A stretch of DNA of 64,000 nucleotides, from assembly GCA_051313645.2 (NCBI GenBank), contig JBNRSN020000005.1, positions 169,818,001-169,882,000 of the forward strand, read 5' to 3'. Both the position numbers and the translations under genes were made by a program. The stretch comes from Centroscyllium fabricii (lineage: Eukaryota). The notes beneath the pieces are model-generated. The model worked only from the letters and a program-made list of their open reading frames with translations, was not told the DNA's origin and did no database searches. Shown piece after piece: positions 50,991 to 63,352 of this stretch. The number at the start of each line of letters is the position of its first letter. Positions within the stretch are counted from its first letter, which is position 1.

Positions 50991-51188
50991 AATGTAAGAA
51001 GTCACACAACACCAGGTTATAGTCCAACGGTTTTATTTGAAATCACAAGCTTTCTACTACACCTGACGAAGGAGCAGCGCTCCAAAAGCTTGTGATTTCA
51101 AATAAAACTGTTGGACTATAACCTGGTGTTGTGTGACTTCTTACATTTGTCCACCCCAGTCCAACACTGGCACCTCCACATCATGGCT
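50991..51188. mobile_element. Penelope-like inverted pLTR (second family)
   Basis: Arms 50991-51053 and 51085-51147 around CTGACGAAGGAGCAGCGCTCC(A)AAAGCTT, a hammerhead core with GAAA changed to AAAA. Confidence 0.75.
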
Positions 51189-51575
51189 AAAATTAAAGAG
51201 TTTTGGACAGGCTAAATTAATGGTCAGACAGGGGGCAGATGGAGTTCAAACAGGTAAGTGTGTACTCACAAGATTAGGTAAAAGGGGTATATGTGGAGTA
51301 CGTATTAAATGTAAATGTACTTGAGTTAACAGAGCAAGAAAGGGAGCTGGAAATTTTGGTGGGCAGTCATTAAAACTGTTGGTACAATGCTTACAGGCAG
51401 TCAAAGAATGCAAATAAAATGTTACAGTATATAACTAAGTATGCCTGTTAGTTAACTGGATTCAGCACCATTGGATCTAGAATCACAGTATGGAACCTAA
51501 TGGGAGGCTCGGAAGGATAGACCAAATGGACATGGTCCTTTCCTGTCCAAAACAATGTTACTATTAACCCTTAGT

Positions 51576-52635
51576 TAGGGTGCATTATGCCCCCCTTTTG
51601 TCAACCAAATTTAATGTAGCTAGTCTTAAAATGTGCCAGATGTAGAAATAATAAGATTCCCAAAATTTAAATTCATTCCGAGTTCGTCTTCTGGGTCCTC
51701 CGTGGCCCTAAAGTTTGAATGAATAACCCATAGGAACATTGCGCAATAGCCATATGGCAGCTATACATTTTCTAATGTGTAATGGTACATACAATGGCTG
51801 CCATGCACTTAAAATTCATGATTAGGATGGTATGTAATTGGGGTTTGTTTTCAACCAAACTTGAAGTTAAAATTCAAATGAATATGGCATATACATCACA
51901 AAAATGAATAGCTGCCATGTGCTATGACACGCTTATTTAGCATAGTGCTGCCATTTACAAATAATAGCTGTATTTTAACTATATTTCAAAGCACACTTAT
52001 GCTAAAAACTTACCCACAGTTCATGTGGGATGAAAGTCACACTTTCTCTTAGCACTCCTTTAATGTTTGTCTTCATAAAGTTTACGTTTACGCAGATTTG
52101 GCCTATTCTTCCTGTCCTGTTCAACAACCTGTAGAACATTTTGATAATGGCTCTCAGATTTTGCAGTGCTGAGGAAATCCGAGCCCAATATCACTGCACG
52201 CTCGGCTGCATCGTTGACGACATTGACGGCACTGATGTTGCTTTTAGAAGTCTGATAAGTAGCACACATGGCCCAGTTCTCCACTCTCTCTTCAAGAAAT
52301 TGATGGTCGATCTGCAGTATCCTCATCATGAACCATGAGTTGGGTCCTACCAAGTCTGCGAGTGAAGTTGACTGTGTGATGTTGTCTGGGAAGGTTGGTT
52401 TACCAAACCACGCGCCAAACCGGTTACTTGGAGTAATAACCTCTTCCGCTGGTTTTACCGCTAAAAGTTTAACCGCGATTGCTTGCTTGCTTGCTTCTCT
52501 GTGTTTGGCACAATTCCACTGGGCCATGTGTGCTACTTATTTAAATTTTGGGAATCTTATTATTTCTACATTTGGCACATTTTAAGACTAGCTACATTAA
52601 ATTTGGTTGACAAAAGGGGGGCATAATGCACCCTA
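51576..52635 (-). mobile_element. hATm-like DNA transposon deletion derivative with transposase C-terminus (ORF 52060-52527)
   Basis: About 95-bp TIRs starting TAGGGTGCATTATGCCCC; perfect 8-bp TSD CCCTTAGT (51568-51575, 52636-52643); SLADLVGPNSW...VNVVNDAAERAVIL...YQNVLQVVEQDRK. Confidence 0.85.
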
Positions 52636-53261
52636 CCCTTAGTAAGGCAGGTATTTCTAAAGTTGCAGTACCAGGCCTGATGGACAAACGACAGGACATT
52701 TCCAATGCTTACTGACAGGTTTCAAGGTATTTTTACACTACAGTGTATTATAGTGCCATCCGTCCATAACACACAGCTCCAGAGTAGTCAACAGCACTAC
52801 CCAATGTAAATTTACCTGCCTTAATTCAATTGACAGTAGTGGAGGCCCCCCCAATTTTTTTCATGCGTTTCCAGATCTGTAGCCGCAATTACAACCTCCA
52901 TCCTTGGCCTTCTAAACATGCTTAGCTGGCTCAGCATGCTTATGTAATGATGTAAAATTATATCATGGCACAGGTAAGTATGATTCACCTTACTGCCTCT
53001 TAAAATAAAATCAGTAACAGACTGGAAAGAGCAGATTTTCTTTTTTAAACGGGAAAATATGCTTGCACTCTCCCGTAGAACCATTGGAGGAGAAAGATTC
53101 AGAAAACTGCCAACTCTGTTTTCCAAATTGACCTCCAATGGCGCTAAAGGAGAGTGGAGGCACATAATAAATGATAGTCGTAGGTGAGCGCTCAACAGAT
53201 GTAGGTATAGTGTCGCTCTCCCAAAACCCAAGATAAATGTAAAATACCTTCACACACAGAA

Positions 53262-53640
53262 ACACAGAAGATAGGAGCAGTAGGCCATTCGGCCCTTAAA
53301 GCCTGCTCCACCATTTTGATGAGATCATGGTTGATCATCCAAACCCAGCACCCCCCTCCTACCTCTCCCCATATCCCCCGACATCCCCAACTCTAAGAAC
53401 TGTATCTCACACACATACTCATGGGCAATTTTAATTATTTTTTTTTAGTATCTCCAATTCACCTAACCTGCATGTCTTTGGGTGGTGGGAGGAAACCGGA
53501 GTACCCGGAGGAAACCCACACGAACACGGGGAGAACATGCAAACTCCACGCAGAGAGGTCCTGGGCCAAGCAGGATTCGAACCCAGGAGCTCCTTATTGC
53601 AAGGCAGCAGTGCTAACCACTGCGCCACCGTGTCGTCCAC
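53262..53640 (-). mobile_element. HE1/V-SINE-like element (same subfamily as 1935-2285)
   Basis: Head gacacggtggcgcagtggttagcac, V core, CR1-type tail. Confidence 0.85.
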
Positions 53641-54438
53641 AATGGGCTGGATCTTACAAGAAAAATAACGGCGTGTTAACGACGCACACCGTCATTAATG
53701 TGCAAATCAGCCAGCAAATCTTAAGAAACACGGAGTTGCAAATCTACAGAACTTTCTGGTCCATTTGCACTGCACTGTCATTTGATTCACACAAATAACA
53801 TCTCACCCTTAGCCTCCCTGTTATTTTTAAGAACTTGCTGGATTTGCACATAAGTTGGTCGTTAATTACCAAACTTATCTGTGGCGAGTTTAAGAGTGTA
53901 AGTATCTTTTTAATGACGCGACAATTGTTAATGCAATTCCAATGAAATCTCTGGCCCAGAAAGGAAACACTTTAAACTGTTCAATTTCATTTCTGCATGT
54001 AGTCAATTGTTGTTAGAGATTTTTTAAATATCAAATTTAATTTTTTTTCTTACTTTTCCTGTGTCTTTTTTCTCTCTCTCACTCTCATAATCCAATCTTT
54101 CTTTCCCTCTCTTTGGGCTCGATTTTTCGGTGCAAAGCGGCTTGGGAGTGGGACAGCTGCCTTCTGGGTTTCAGTCCTGCCCCCAACGACATCAGACGCA
54201 CAAACGTGATTTTGCATCAATTGGCTTCGTTAAGCCCGGCCAATTAAGAGGAAGCCAGTGTCAGATGAAGTCAGTTGATGACGCGTCATCTGCCAGCGGT
54301 TTTCCTAAAGCGGCCACGCACCTTTTTTTTCCACAGCTGATTTCTCAGTGTTCGACAGCACTGAGGTGCTGCAAACACTGACAATCACTGTACAAAGGTG
54401 AGCTTTTGCACCCAGGCTCTCCAGTGACTCTCTACTTA

Positions 54439-54994
54439 AGGCCCTGTCACACCTAGACGTTTTAGCCAGCCTATGCAAATGAGGCTAAAACGCTGAACTT
54501 TCGACACTTTGTTCAATTTTTGGAGTATTGGACGTATGCATAACGTATGCGTAACGTATTAGTAACGTACACAGAGCGTATCAATAACGAATGCTTAGCG
54601 TTCACAACTTATGCCCAACGATAGTCTAACGTATGCATAACGCGCGGCAGCGTATCGCCGACGTTTTAGATAAATTTAGAAAAAATTGGAAAACGCTAGC
54701 TTTAAATCGTCAAGGTGTGACAGGGCATGACAGGGGCAAGGTAATGTGTGTTTAACGATCGCCTAACGTGCCTACAACGTATGTCCAGCGTATGCGGAAC
54801 GTATAAATCGTAACATTTATACGTCGTGATTTTTTGTGCATGCACAAGAAAATCACGACTTATACGACTTATGGCCAGCGTATGCCAGCGTGCTCTTAAC
54901 GTATGCATAACGTACCCATAACTTGTCCAACGTATACCAGCGTATCGGCCAAATTTGCATACGCAAGCTAAAACGTCAAGGTGTGACAGGGCCT
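54439..54994. mobile_element. PIF/Harbinger MITE
   Basis: TTA|AGGCCCTGTCACACCTAGACGTTTTAGC...GCTAAAACGTCAAGGTGTGACAGGGCCT|TTA; an extra internal TIR copy at ~54708-54726. Confidence 0.88.
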
Positions 54995-55303
54995 TTAGGC
55001 TAGAACAGATGGCAGCTGCAGGCGAGGTTACAGAAGCGATCCTTCACTGGAGAGGTTCTCCCAATGAGGTGGGACTATACATACAATTTAAAACTTGTTA
55101 CCTACAGAAGTCTAAATGCATTCAAAATTATTTTCCCAACATTATCTTACCTCTGAAATGCACCAGTGCACCATTGGATCCTTCACGCCACTTCTGCAGC
55201 GGTCATCAATGCAGAGACATTATAGTAGACCCACAGCACGCCACACTTACCTGGTGTAGAACTGTCGCCTGCAGAACTGTCAAAATTGCAAAAAGCCTCT
55301 TAA

Positions 55304-55858
55304 AGGCCCTGTCACACCTAGACGTTTTAGCCACAGTATGCAAATTTGGCTAAAACGCTGGGATACGTCGGATACGTTATGGGTACGTTATGCATACGTT
55401 AAGAGCACGCTGGCATACGCTGGCCATAAGTTGCATAAGTCGTTGTACTTCGAGTAAGTCGAGAAATTTTGAGCATGCACAAAATTTCTCGACGTATCTT
55501 GCGTATGATTCACACGTTCCGCATACGCTGGCCATACGTTGTAGGCACATTAGGCGATCGTTGACACACGTCGACACACGTTACTTGTAAGTTAGTCATA
55601 AGTCAAAAGACGTCGAGATAATTTCTAAGCGTACCCGGAACTTATTTCTAACCTATGAGTAACATGCTTTGAACCTATGTGTAACATATCTCCAACGCAT
55701 ATTGACGACCACAGAACTTACTGAACGTGTTTGCTACCGTATAAAACGTACGTCCAACTCGTTATGAATACGCTATTAAACGCCCAAAGTTCAGCGTAAC
55801 CCAGCGTTTTAGCCAAATTTGCATACTGTGGCTAAAACGTCTAGGTGTGACAGGGCCT
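55304..55858. mobile_element. PIF/Harbinger MITE, related family
   Basis: TAA|AGGCCCTGTCACACCTAGACG...CGTCTAGGTGTGACAGGGCCT|TAA; ~58-bp perfect TIR. Confidence 0.9.
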
Positions 55859-57114
55859 TAACTGCCTGTTAACAAGCAGTTAAGTGGCCATAATCCTCTT
55901 CCTGCCGCTATGTGTCAGGTCCATGCGCAAATCGGGGACCCGACACTTGGGAAGATTGATTGGAGGCGAGCTGACAGCGTGTTTCTGACCCGGTCAATCT
56001 TTGCGATTTTGCTGGATGTCTCACCTCCAAACCCACCCCGAGCGCCGGCAAAATTCTGGCCTTTATTTCTCTTTCTGTATCCGATTTTACCCTCCTTCTC
56101 TGTGGTTCCTCTTTCTTTCTCGATCCCTAAATCTCTTGGTTAAGTAAATCGACTATTGGTCCCATGGGTAACTAAGGTCCCAGATGCCACGTTGCCCTCA
56201 CCACGCCGTTATCAGCTTGCACTTCCAGCAAGTTAGAGCAAAAACTCTGAATTGAAGGGTGTGGGAAAAAACTAATGCTGCATGCCGCGAAATGCCCCGC
56301 TCCAGCAAGATCTGGCCCAATCTGTTTTGGCGCTTGGGCCACTAAAAGCATGAACACTTTGCATTCCTTACTTAGTCAGTGCACTCATTTTCTGTCCTCC
56401 AATTTCATTGTATTTGAATTTTAAATATGGGCAGACTAAACTATCACTGGTGTAAAAAGATTGCCTTTAAAGCAACCGGCTCATTTTGAAAAATCAATGG
56501 TATTGGGGCGGGGGTTGGAGGAGGAAAGAGTGGGAATCGTCATTCCTTGCAATGTTTGCCTTTCACTTTCTAACAAATATCAGGAAATCAGATCACTATG
56601 TGTGATTGATGTGGTATTACTGAGATTTTAATACGTTTCCTTAGCCTCACTGACAGCTGCAATACGGAACTAAAAATAATTTAAAGAAATGATCTAAAGT
56701 TCCATGCATTTCCCGAACATTCAACTTTATAACACTGAAAATTGCTTCTGCAGAGGATACAGGATAAAAACGATTCCATTTTAAGATGTGCTGCAATTAC
56801 CATTCAGTATTCAAAGGGTCCAAACAGCACTGCTTCGTTTACTGGAACTAGACTGGGGATTCATCAGGCGGCTCGGAAAGCTCAGTTCAAACCTCAGCAC
56901 ATTTGCTGCCAGAGAGCTCCTTCCTTGGCATGGTCACAGATATTCTAGCTGCTTTGTTGCAAATTATTGCAATCAGATTTTCTTTCTGATACCATAATAG
57001 ACAAAGAGTATACAGTAGCAGACTCAACGGTGAAAAGGTTATTTGTTTCCTGAGATAGAGCATCATATAGTAACATTTTTTTGAAGACATAGAACATGGT
57101 CACTCTCCTGGTCA

Positions 57115-57690
57115 TTAAACACCTCCTCTCTGATAAAGAAGGCCCAACAGCGCCTGTACTTCCTAAGGAAGCTGAAGAAAGCCAAGCTGACATCCGGCAT
57201 CCTCACTAACTTCTACCGCTGCACAATCGAAAGCATACTGACAAGCTGCATCACAGTCTGGTATGGAAACTGCACCATCTCGGACCGGAAGACCCTGCAG
57301 CGGGCAGTCAAAACTGCCCAACAAATCACCGGCACCCAGCTACCATCAATTGAATGCACCTACCTCAAATGCTGCCTACGGAGGTCTCAGAACATTATTA
57401 AAGACCCCACACACCAAAGCCATAATCTGTTCACCCCCCTGCCCTCCGGGAGACGCTACAGATCAATTCGCACCCGCACGACCAGATTCAAGAACAGCTT
57501 CTGCCCCAGGGCTATCAGTCTCCTGAACTCTAACAAAAAACTCCAGTATCTGCACTCCTGAAATGTAATTTATTGTATGCAATTGTATGTTAACTTATTT
57601 GCACTACTCTCGGGAGCGGCGAGTCTTCGTTTCGTTGTATTGTACTAGTACTCTGCAATGACAATAAAATTGAATTGAGTTGAATTTATT
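57115..57690 (+). mobile_element. Rex1/Babar LINE 3' fragment
   Basis: KKAQQRLYFLRKLK..ILTNFYRCTIESILTSCITVWYGNC; tail caataaaattgaattgagttgaa. Confidence 0.88.
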
Positions 57691-58065
57691 TTCATTCATG
57701 AGCTAGGCATGCTCTCACCATCTAGAATCCACTGATAAATGTACCAGACATGGACTGATACATCAGAGCTATTTCAAACCCTATGATCAAACACTAACTG
57801 GATGGATCCTACTCAAAGGATAGATATACAGGATCTCAACTGTACAGAATTCAGGAGAGTTCTGAATTTTAAACTGCAGACATGGAAATATTGGTTTATT
57901 GCTAGCTACTATATATTTTTCTCTGGCAGAATTAGGAACACTATTTAATACTATTCTTGATTCCAACTTCCTTAAAAAAAATACAGCATGGGTGCTTTTG
58001 TATAATATAAAGAAACAGATCAGTTCAGAAAGTCAAACTGCAATATATACATGAATTGGTAATAC

Positions 58066-59411
58066 CTTACGTGAGTGTTGTAAGCAGACCGCTGAGCAAA
58101 GCTTGCTGGACAATACTGGCATTTATATGGCTTTTCTCCTGTATGTGTTCTGATGTGAACTGTCAGCCCACATTTTGAACTGATAATTTTGTCACAGTAA
58201 GGACATGTCTGTGGCGTTCGTTTCTTCTCATGCACTCTCCTAACATGGTCATTGATGTCCTTTTGGCGTTTAAATCGCTTGTCGCACAATGAACATGCAA
58301 AGGGACGCTCGTTATTATGAACGGTCAGTCTGTGCTGCCTTAGGTTCTGATGATTGGAAAAGAGCTGAGAACACATATTGCAGCTGTACTTCACCACAAT
58401 GGTAATACCATGTTCAGCACTCATGTGAGTTTGATATGGTTTCAAAAATTGAAAAGTCTGGTTACATTTGTCACATGTGTAACTCTGAGGCATGCGTTTA
58501 GAAGCGCTCCGTGTCATTTTTTTCAGCTCGTTACTATCTGAGCCTTCAGGCTCATCGTGCATTCCATCTTCATCTTCCAGACAGTGCAATTTCTTGATCA
58601 CAATTAATGTTTCTGGGGAATCTACCTGGATTATTGGATCAGTTTTACAATCATCCTTTTGACTAAACTCATCAACAGCATCAGTATCTTCCGCATTCAC
58701 CTCTTCTGTGGTATAGGTAGTCGATTTAACCATTCCTGTGCTAGCATCAATGACAGTGATTGACTCAGTGACTTCTTTTATACTGCCCCGCTGTGTGCAG
58801 TGTTCCAACTGTGGTTGGCTAGTTTCAAGGGTTTTCTTTTTTGGCACTTTGTCCCAAAGTCTGTTTTTCATTGGTGCAGCAACAATCCTGGATGCACTCT
58901 CCATCTCCTGGCTGTCCAGATGCTGTGAGTGTGTCTCATTCCAATCAGTTTCAGCTTTGCCAGCAAGCTGGTACTCTGGGCAAACTTGCCCCTTCACATC
59001 TGGGCTTTGCCTGGATAGCTTCACCTTCAGATGCTCGCAGGCTTCCACAAGATCCTTACATTCTAATCTTTCAGCAACCTCCTGCATTCGATATACTTTC
59101 TGGGGCTCAATCTCCATTTTTGCTGTGTATACAAATTCTAAAAAGGAGGTAAAATCCTCAGTGTAAATATCCTGCAAGGTGACTGTAGTTTTCATTTTCT
59201 CAGACAGCTCGTCTCTTAGGAATATTTCTCTGAAGTAATTGCTGGAGGCAGCCAGCACTGCTCGGTGAGCAGCAAACTCTTCCTGAACCCCAAGGTGCTC
59301 TGTATGGACAGTCACATCACACAGATGGCCAAATTGATAGAAAGCGTGCAGTGCACTCAGAAGATTCGAAGCAGCAGCCTTTGATTCCATGGTAACTCTG
59401 TATGGATCCAT
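58066..59411 (-). CDS. GZF1-like paralog, coding exon A: BTB domain and first five C2H2 fingers
   Basis: Acceptor ccaaaag|G then ATG at 59411. MDPYRVTMESKAAASNLLSALHAFYQFGHLCDVTV...FTSFLEFVYTAK is a GZF1-type BTB. Fingers CDKC, CNMC, CSLC, CPYC, CQYC. Donor AG|gtatta at 58066 (phase 2); 1346 coding nt. Confidence 0.92.
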
Positions 59412-60779
59412 CCTTTTGGAACAGGAACAGGAAAATATAAAAATGAAATAAAACACAGGTCATTTAAATATGTTACTCTTACATCCTATCAATGACTTTA
59501 TTGTTAAACAATGAGGGAAATAACAATCATTTTTAAGTGAATTCGTTATCCAAGAGTCAATAATTCCATTCCCAAGGTCCAGAACTTAGTGTTCATAGTG
59601 AACTTCGATCTGAAAAAATATTCTAATGCTATTTTCTTTCCCCCATGTTTTTCTCCTGTGATCTTCATGTATTAAGTTCAATCCTTAGCTGAGAAACCAT
59701 CTGGAGACCTGCTCCCAGCCTCCATCCATGATGTTCTATAACCAGTCAAGAGAGTTCAGAGTGACAGGCACTATGATCTTCCCATTGTCATCACTCCCTT
59801 TGGGAGAAAAAGCTAACTTTTACTTTATTGATAGACCAGAGGTTTCCAAACTTCAAAATGGCTGTCCTAACTTCTAAAAACAGTATAAAGCAACAAAATA
59901 ACATGCTAAGACAAGAATTCCTTTGGGAATCCATAGGATCCTTGTGAATCCCATAGGAGCTGGAGACCCCAATCTGAAAATGTCTGTGCTGAATTAGTTG
60001 ATCTCAAATGTGGTAGTGATGAACTATTCCAATGAGTCTCAGTTTCCCTATGCTAGAAAAGGAAAATAAAACAGCGAGGATTCCAGCTCCGATTCACTTC
60101 CAGTGACTGCTGCTGGAACGTATGTGCATATGGACATCAGGTTGGGCTGGTACTTGCTGTCCATACTCACATGAAGAACAATCACTTGACCAATGTACAA
60201 AGTGCTTTAGTTGCTTGTTGTATTTCAGAAAAAAAAGAGGGACACAATTTCAGGGCATGAAAGGTGCTGACCAGGATAACTTCAATTAAAGAATTAAAAA
60301 ATTGCAACTCAAACATAAATACTGGATTGCAATCAGATGTTAATCAGAGATGTACAGCAGGAAAAAATCATTTTTCCAGAAAATACAGTAACCTTGCCTC
60401 CCTTGAATGCTGAAAACATGTACAGAAAGTATAACTGCGCCATGATATTTATAATCTATTACTGCCCCAATGGTTTGATATAGTGTAAACAACTGTGGAG
60501 AACCAGATGGATGCAAGATCCAACAGACAAGTCTTTTCTCACCTTTGAGCACTGCGTTGCAGTGTCTGATGAGTGATTTGAGATTATCACTATTTGCCAT
60601 GCAAGCACGTAGATCAGAAGATAAAATGTAAGAAAATGCTGTGGGGGTCCTACACAACATGCATTTATATAGCATTCCTCACATAAAAGGAATGTCTCAG
60701 AGTGCTTTACAAGGGGAGGGGTCAACAATGATCAGCTAAAAAGGAGGAACTTTGGGATAGGAAGAGAAACTCAAGAGTT

Positions 60780-60962
60780 CAGCCTCCTGAACTCTAAAAA
60801 GAAACTCCGGTACCTGCACGCCTGATAATGAACTTTACTGTATGCAATTTTCATGTAATTTATTTATTTTGTTTGCACTACTCTCGGGAGAGTCGAGTCT
60901 TCGTCTCGTTGTATTGTACTAGTACTCTGCAATGACAATAAAACTTGAATTGAATTGAATAA
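60780..60962 (+). mobile_element. Rex1 3' tail
   Basis: Near-identical to 63178-63345. Confidence 0.85.
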
Positions 60963-61020
60963 AGTCAGACTTGCATTTATATACCTTTCATAACCTCTGG
61001 CCATCCCAGAGCACTTTACA

Positions 61021-61500
61021 GGAGGCGGTGGCATAGTGGTTATGTCACTAGACTAGTAAGCCAGAGGCTCAGTCAAACGCTCTGAGGATATGGGTTCAAA
61101 TCGCACCACGGCAGCTGGTGGAATTTAAATTCAATTCAATTTAATTCTGGAATTAAATGTTAGTCTTAGTAATGGCGATCATGATACCATTGTCGATTGT
61201 TGCAAAAACCCATCTGGTTCACTAATGTTCTTTAGGGAAGGAAATCTGCCGTCCTTACCCAGTCTGGCCTACATGTGACTCCAGACACACAGCAATGTGG
61301 TTGACTCTTAATGCCCTCTGAAATGGCCTAGCAAGCCACTCAGTTGTAAACAACCACTACGACAAACAATAAGACTGCAGCGGTTCAAGGCGGCGGCTCA
61401 CCACCATCTTCTCAAGGGCAAGTAGGGATGGGCACTAAATGCAGGCCGAGCCAGCCAGAGACGCCCACATCCCATCAATGAATAAAAAAAAATAAAAAAA
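61021..61500 (+). mobile_element. Full-length MetaSINE-like element inserted in a SacSINE1-like copy (60965-61865, minus)
   Basis: A box tggcatagtgg, B box ggttcaaatcg, core ctggttcactaatgttctttagggaaggaaatctgccgtcctt, LINE tail, poly(A). Confidence 0.85.
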
Positions 61501-61982
61501 TAAAGTACTTTTGAAGTGTAGTCACTGTTGTAATACAGGAAATGTGGCAGCTAATTTGTGCACAAAGTCCCACAAACAGCAATGTGATGACCAGATAATG
61601 TTTTAGTGATGTTGGCGGAGCAGTAATTACACCGGGAGATCTCTCGCCCCTGCTTTTCTTTGAAATAGTGCCACGGAATCTTTTACGTCCACCTGAGCGG
61701 GCAGACAGGGTCTTCATTTAATGTCTTATCTGAAAGACAGTGTAGCACTCCCTCAGTACTGCACTGGAGTATCAGCCTAGATTTTGTGCTCAAGTGTCAG
61801 GAGTGGGACCTGAACCCACAACCTCTGGACTCAAGAGGCGAGAGTGCTACCCAGTGAGCCAGAGGTGACACATCATCGATGAGATTACTTTTTGGAGGCT
61901 TTTGAGAGGTAGCAAGATGAACTAGTTTTGGGAGATAGTAGCAAGTAATGTTTTTATTAAAGAGAGTATGCATGATGCCTAC

Positions 61983-63352
61983 ATGTCCGCCACCATCATC
62001 CCTGTGCCCAAGAAAACGGCCGTGATGTGCCTGAACGACTACCGCCCTGTCGCACTTACACCCATTATCATGAAGTGTTTCGAGCGGCTGGTCCTAGCCC
62101 ACATCAAAGCCAGCATCCCCGCCGCCCTGGACCAATACCAGTTCGCCTACCGTGGGAACAGATCTACAGAAGATGCTATCACTACGGCTCTTCACTCTGC
62201 ACTAAACCACCTGGATAGCAAAGATACGTATATCAGAATGCTGTTTATTGACTACAGCTCAGCATTCAACACCATCGTCCCCAGCAAATTGTCTACCAAA
62301 CTCCTCACCCTCGGCCTGAACACCTCCCTCTGCAACTGGACCCTGGACTTCCTAACCAACAGACCACAGTCTGTGAAGTTAGGCAACCTCACCTCCCCCC
62401 CCCCCCCTTATCCTGAACACGGGGGCCCCACAAGGTTGTGTGCTGAGCCCCCTCCTCTACTCCCTCTTCACTCACGACTGTGCGGCTGTCCATGGCTCCA
62501 ACACGATCAAGTTCGCGGATGACACCATGGTGGTTGGCCAGATCACCAACAACGACGAGTCAGCCTACAGGGATGAGATCCAGCGCCTTGTGGGTTGGTG
62601 TGCCGACAACAACCTGGCACTGAACACCAAGAAAACCAAGGAGATCATAGTGGACTTCCGGAGGACTGGAAGCAGAAGACACACCCCCATCTTCATCCAA
62701 GGGGCTGAGGTGGAAAGGGTGTCCAGCTTCAAGTTCCTCGGTGTCCACATCTCGGAAGATCTCTCCTGGTCACTAAACACCTCCTCTCTGGTTAAGAAGG
62801 CCCAACAGCGCCTGTACTTCCTAAGGAAGCTGAAGAAAGCCAGGCTGTCATCCGGCATCCTCTCCAACTTCTACCGCTGCACAATAGAAAGCATGCTGAC
62901 AAGCTGCATCACTGTCTGGTATGGAAATTGCACTATCTCGGACCGGGAAACCCTGCAGCAGGTAGTCAAAACTGCCCAACGAATTACCGGTACACAGCTA
63001 CCGTCAATGGAAAGCATCTACCTCAAACGCTGCTTACGGAGGTCTATGAACATTATTAAAGACCCCACACACCCCAGCCACAGTCTGTTCGCCCCCCTGC
63101 CCTCCGGGAGATGCTACAGAGCAATTTGCACCCGCACGACTAGATTTCAGAACAGCTTCTTCCCCAGGGCTGTCAGACTCCTGAACTCTAAAAAGAAACT
63201 CCGGTACCTGCACGCCTGATAATGTACTTTACTGTATGCAATTTGCATGTAATTTATTTGCACTACTCTCGGGAGAGTCGAGTCTTCGTCTCGTTGTATT
63301 GTACTAGTACTCTGCAATGACAATAAAACTTGAATTGAATTGATTGAATTGA
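61983..63352 (+). mobile_element. Rex1/Babar LINE, 5'-truncated, RT domain with one frameshift at the poly-C near 62395-62407
   Basis: [74 protein letters not shown]; (ttgaa)n tail. Confidence 0.92.

Larger units (their letters stand above)
54115..56061. mobile_element. Harbinger-like element (middle of the nest)
   Basis: TTT|GGGCTCGATTTT...AAAATTCTGGCC|TTT; the host pyrimidine tract resumes after it. Confidence 0.65.
53644..56318. mobile_element. Harbinger-like element (outermost of a nest)
   Basis: AAT|GGGCTGGATCTT...AAGATCTGGCCC|AAT. Confidence 0.75.

Noticed and set aside
59412-59456. ORF-track N-terminal extensions (MFYFIFIFSCSCSKR; MKTAIKIKLSVFLY at 44482-44525) and short read-through tails past donors (7714-7732, 43485-43503, 58020-58065)
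   Set aside because: These are polypyrimidine tracts and intron starts; splice sites define the real boundaries.
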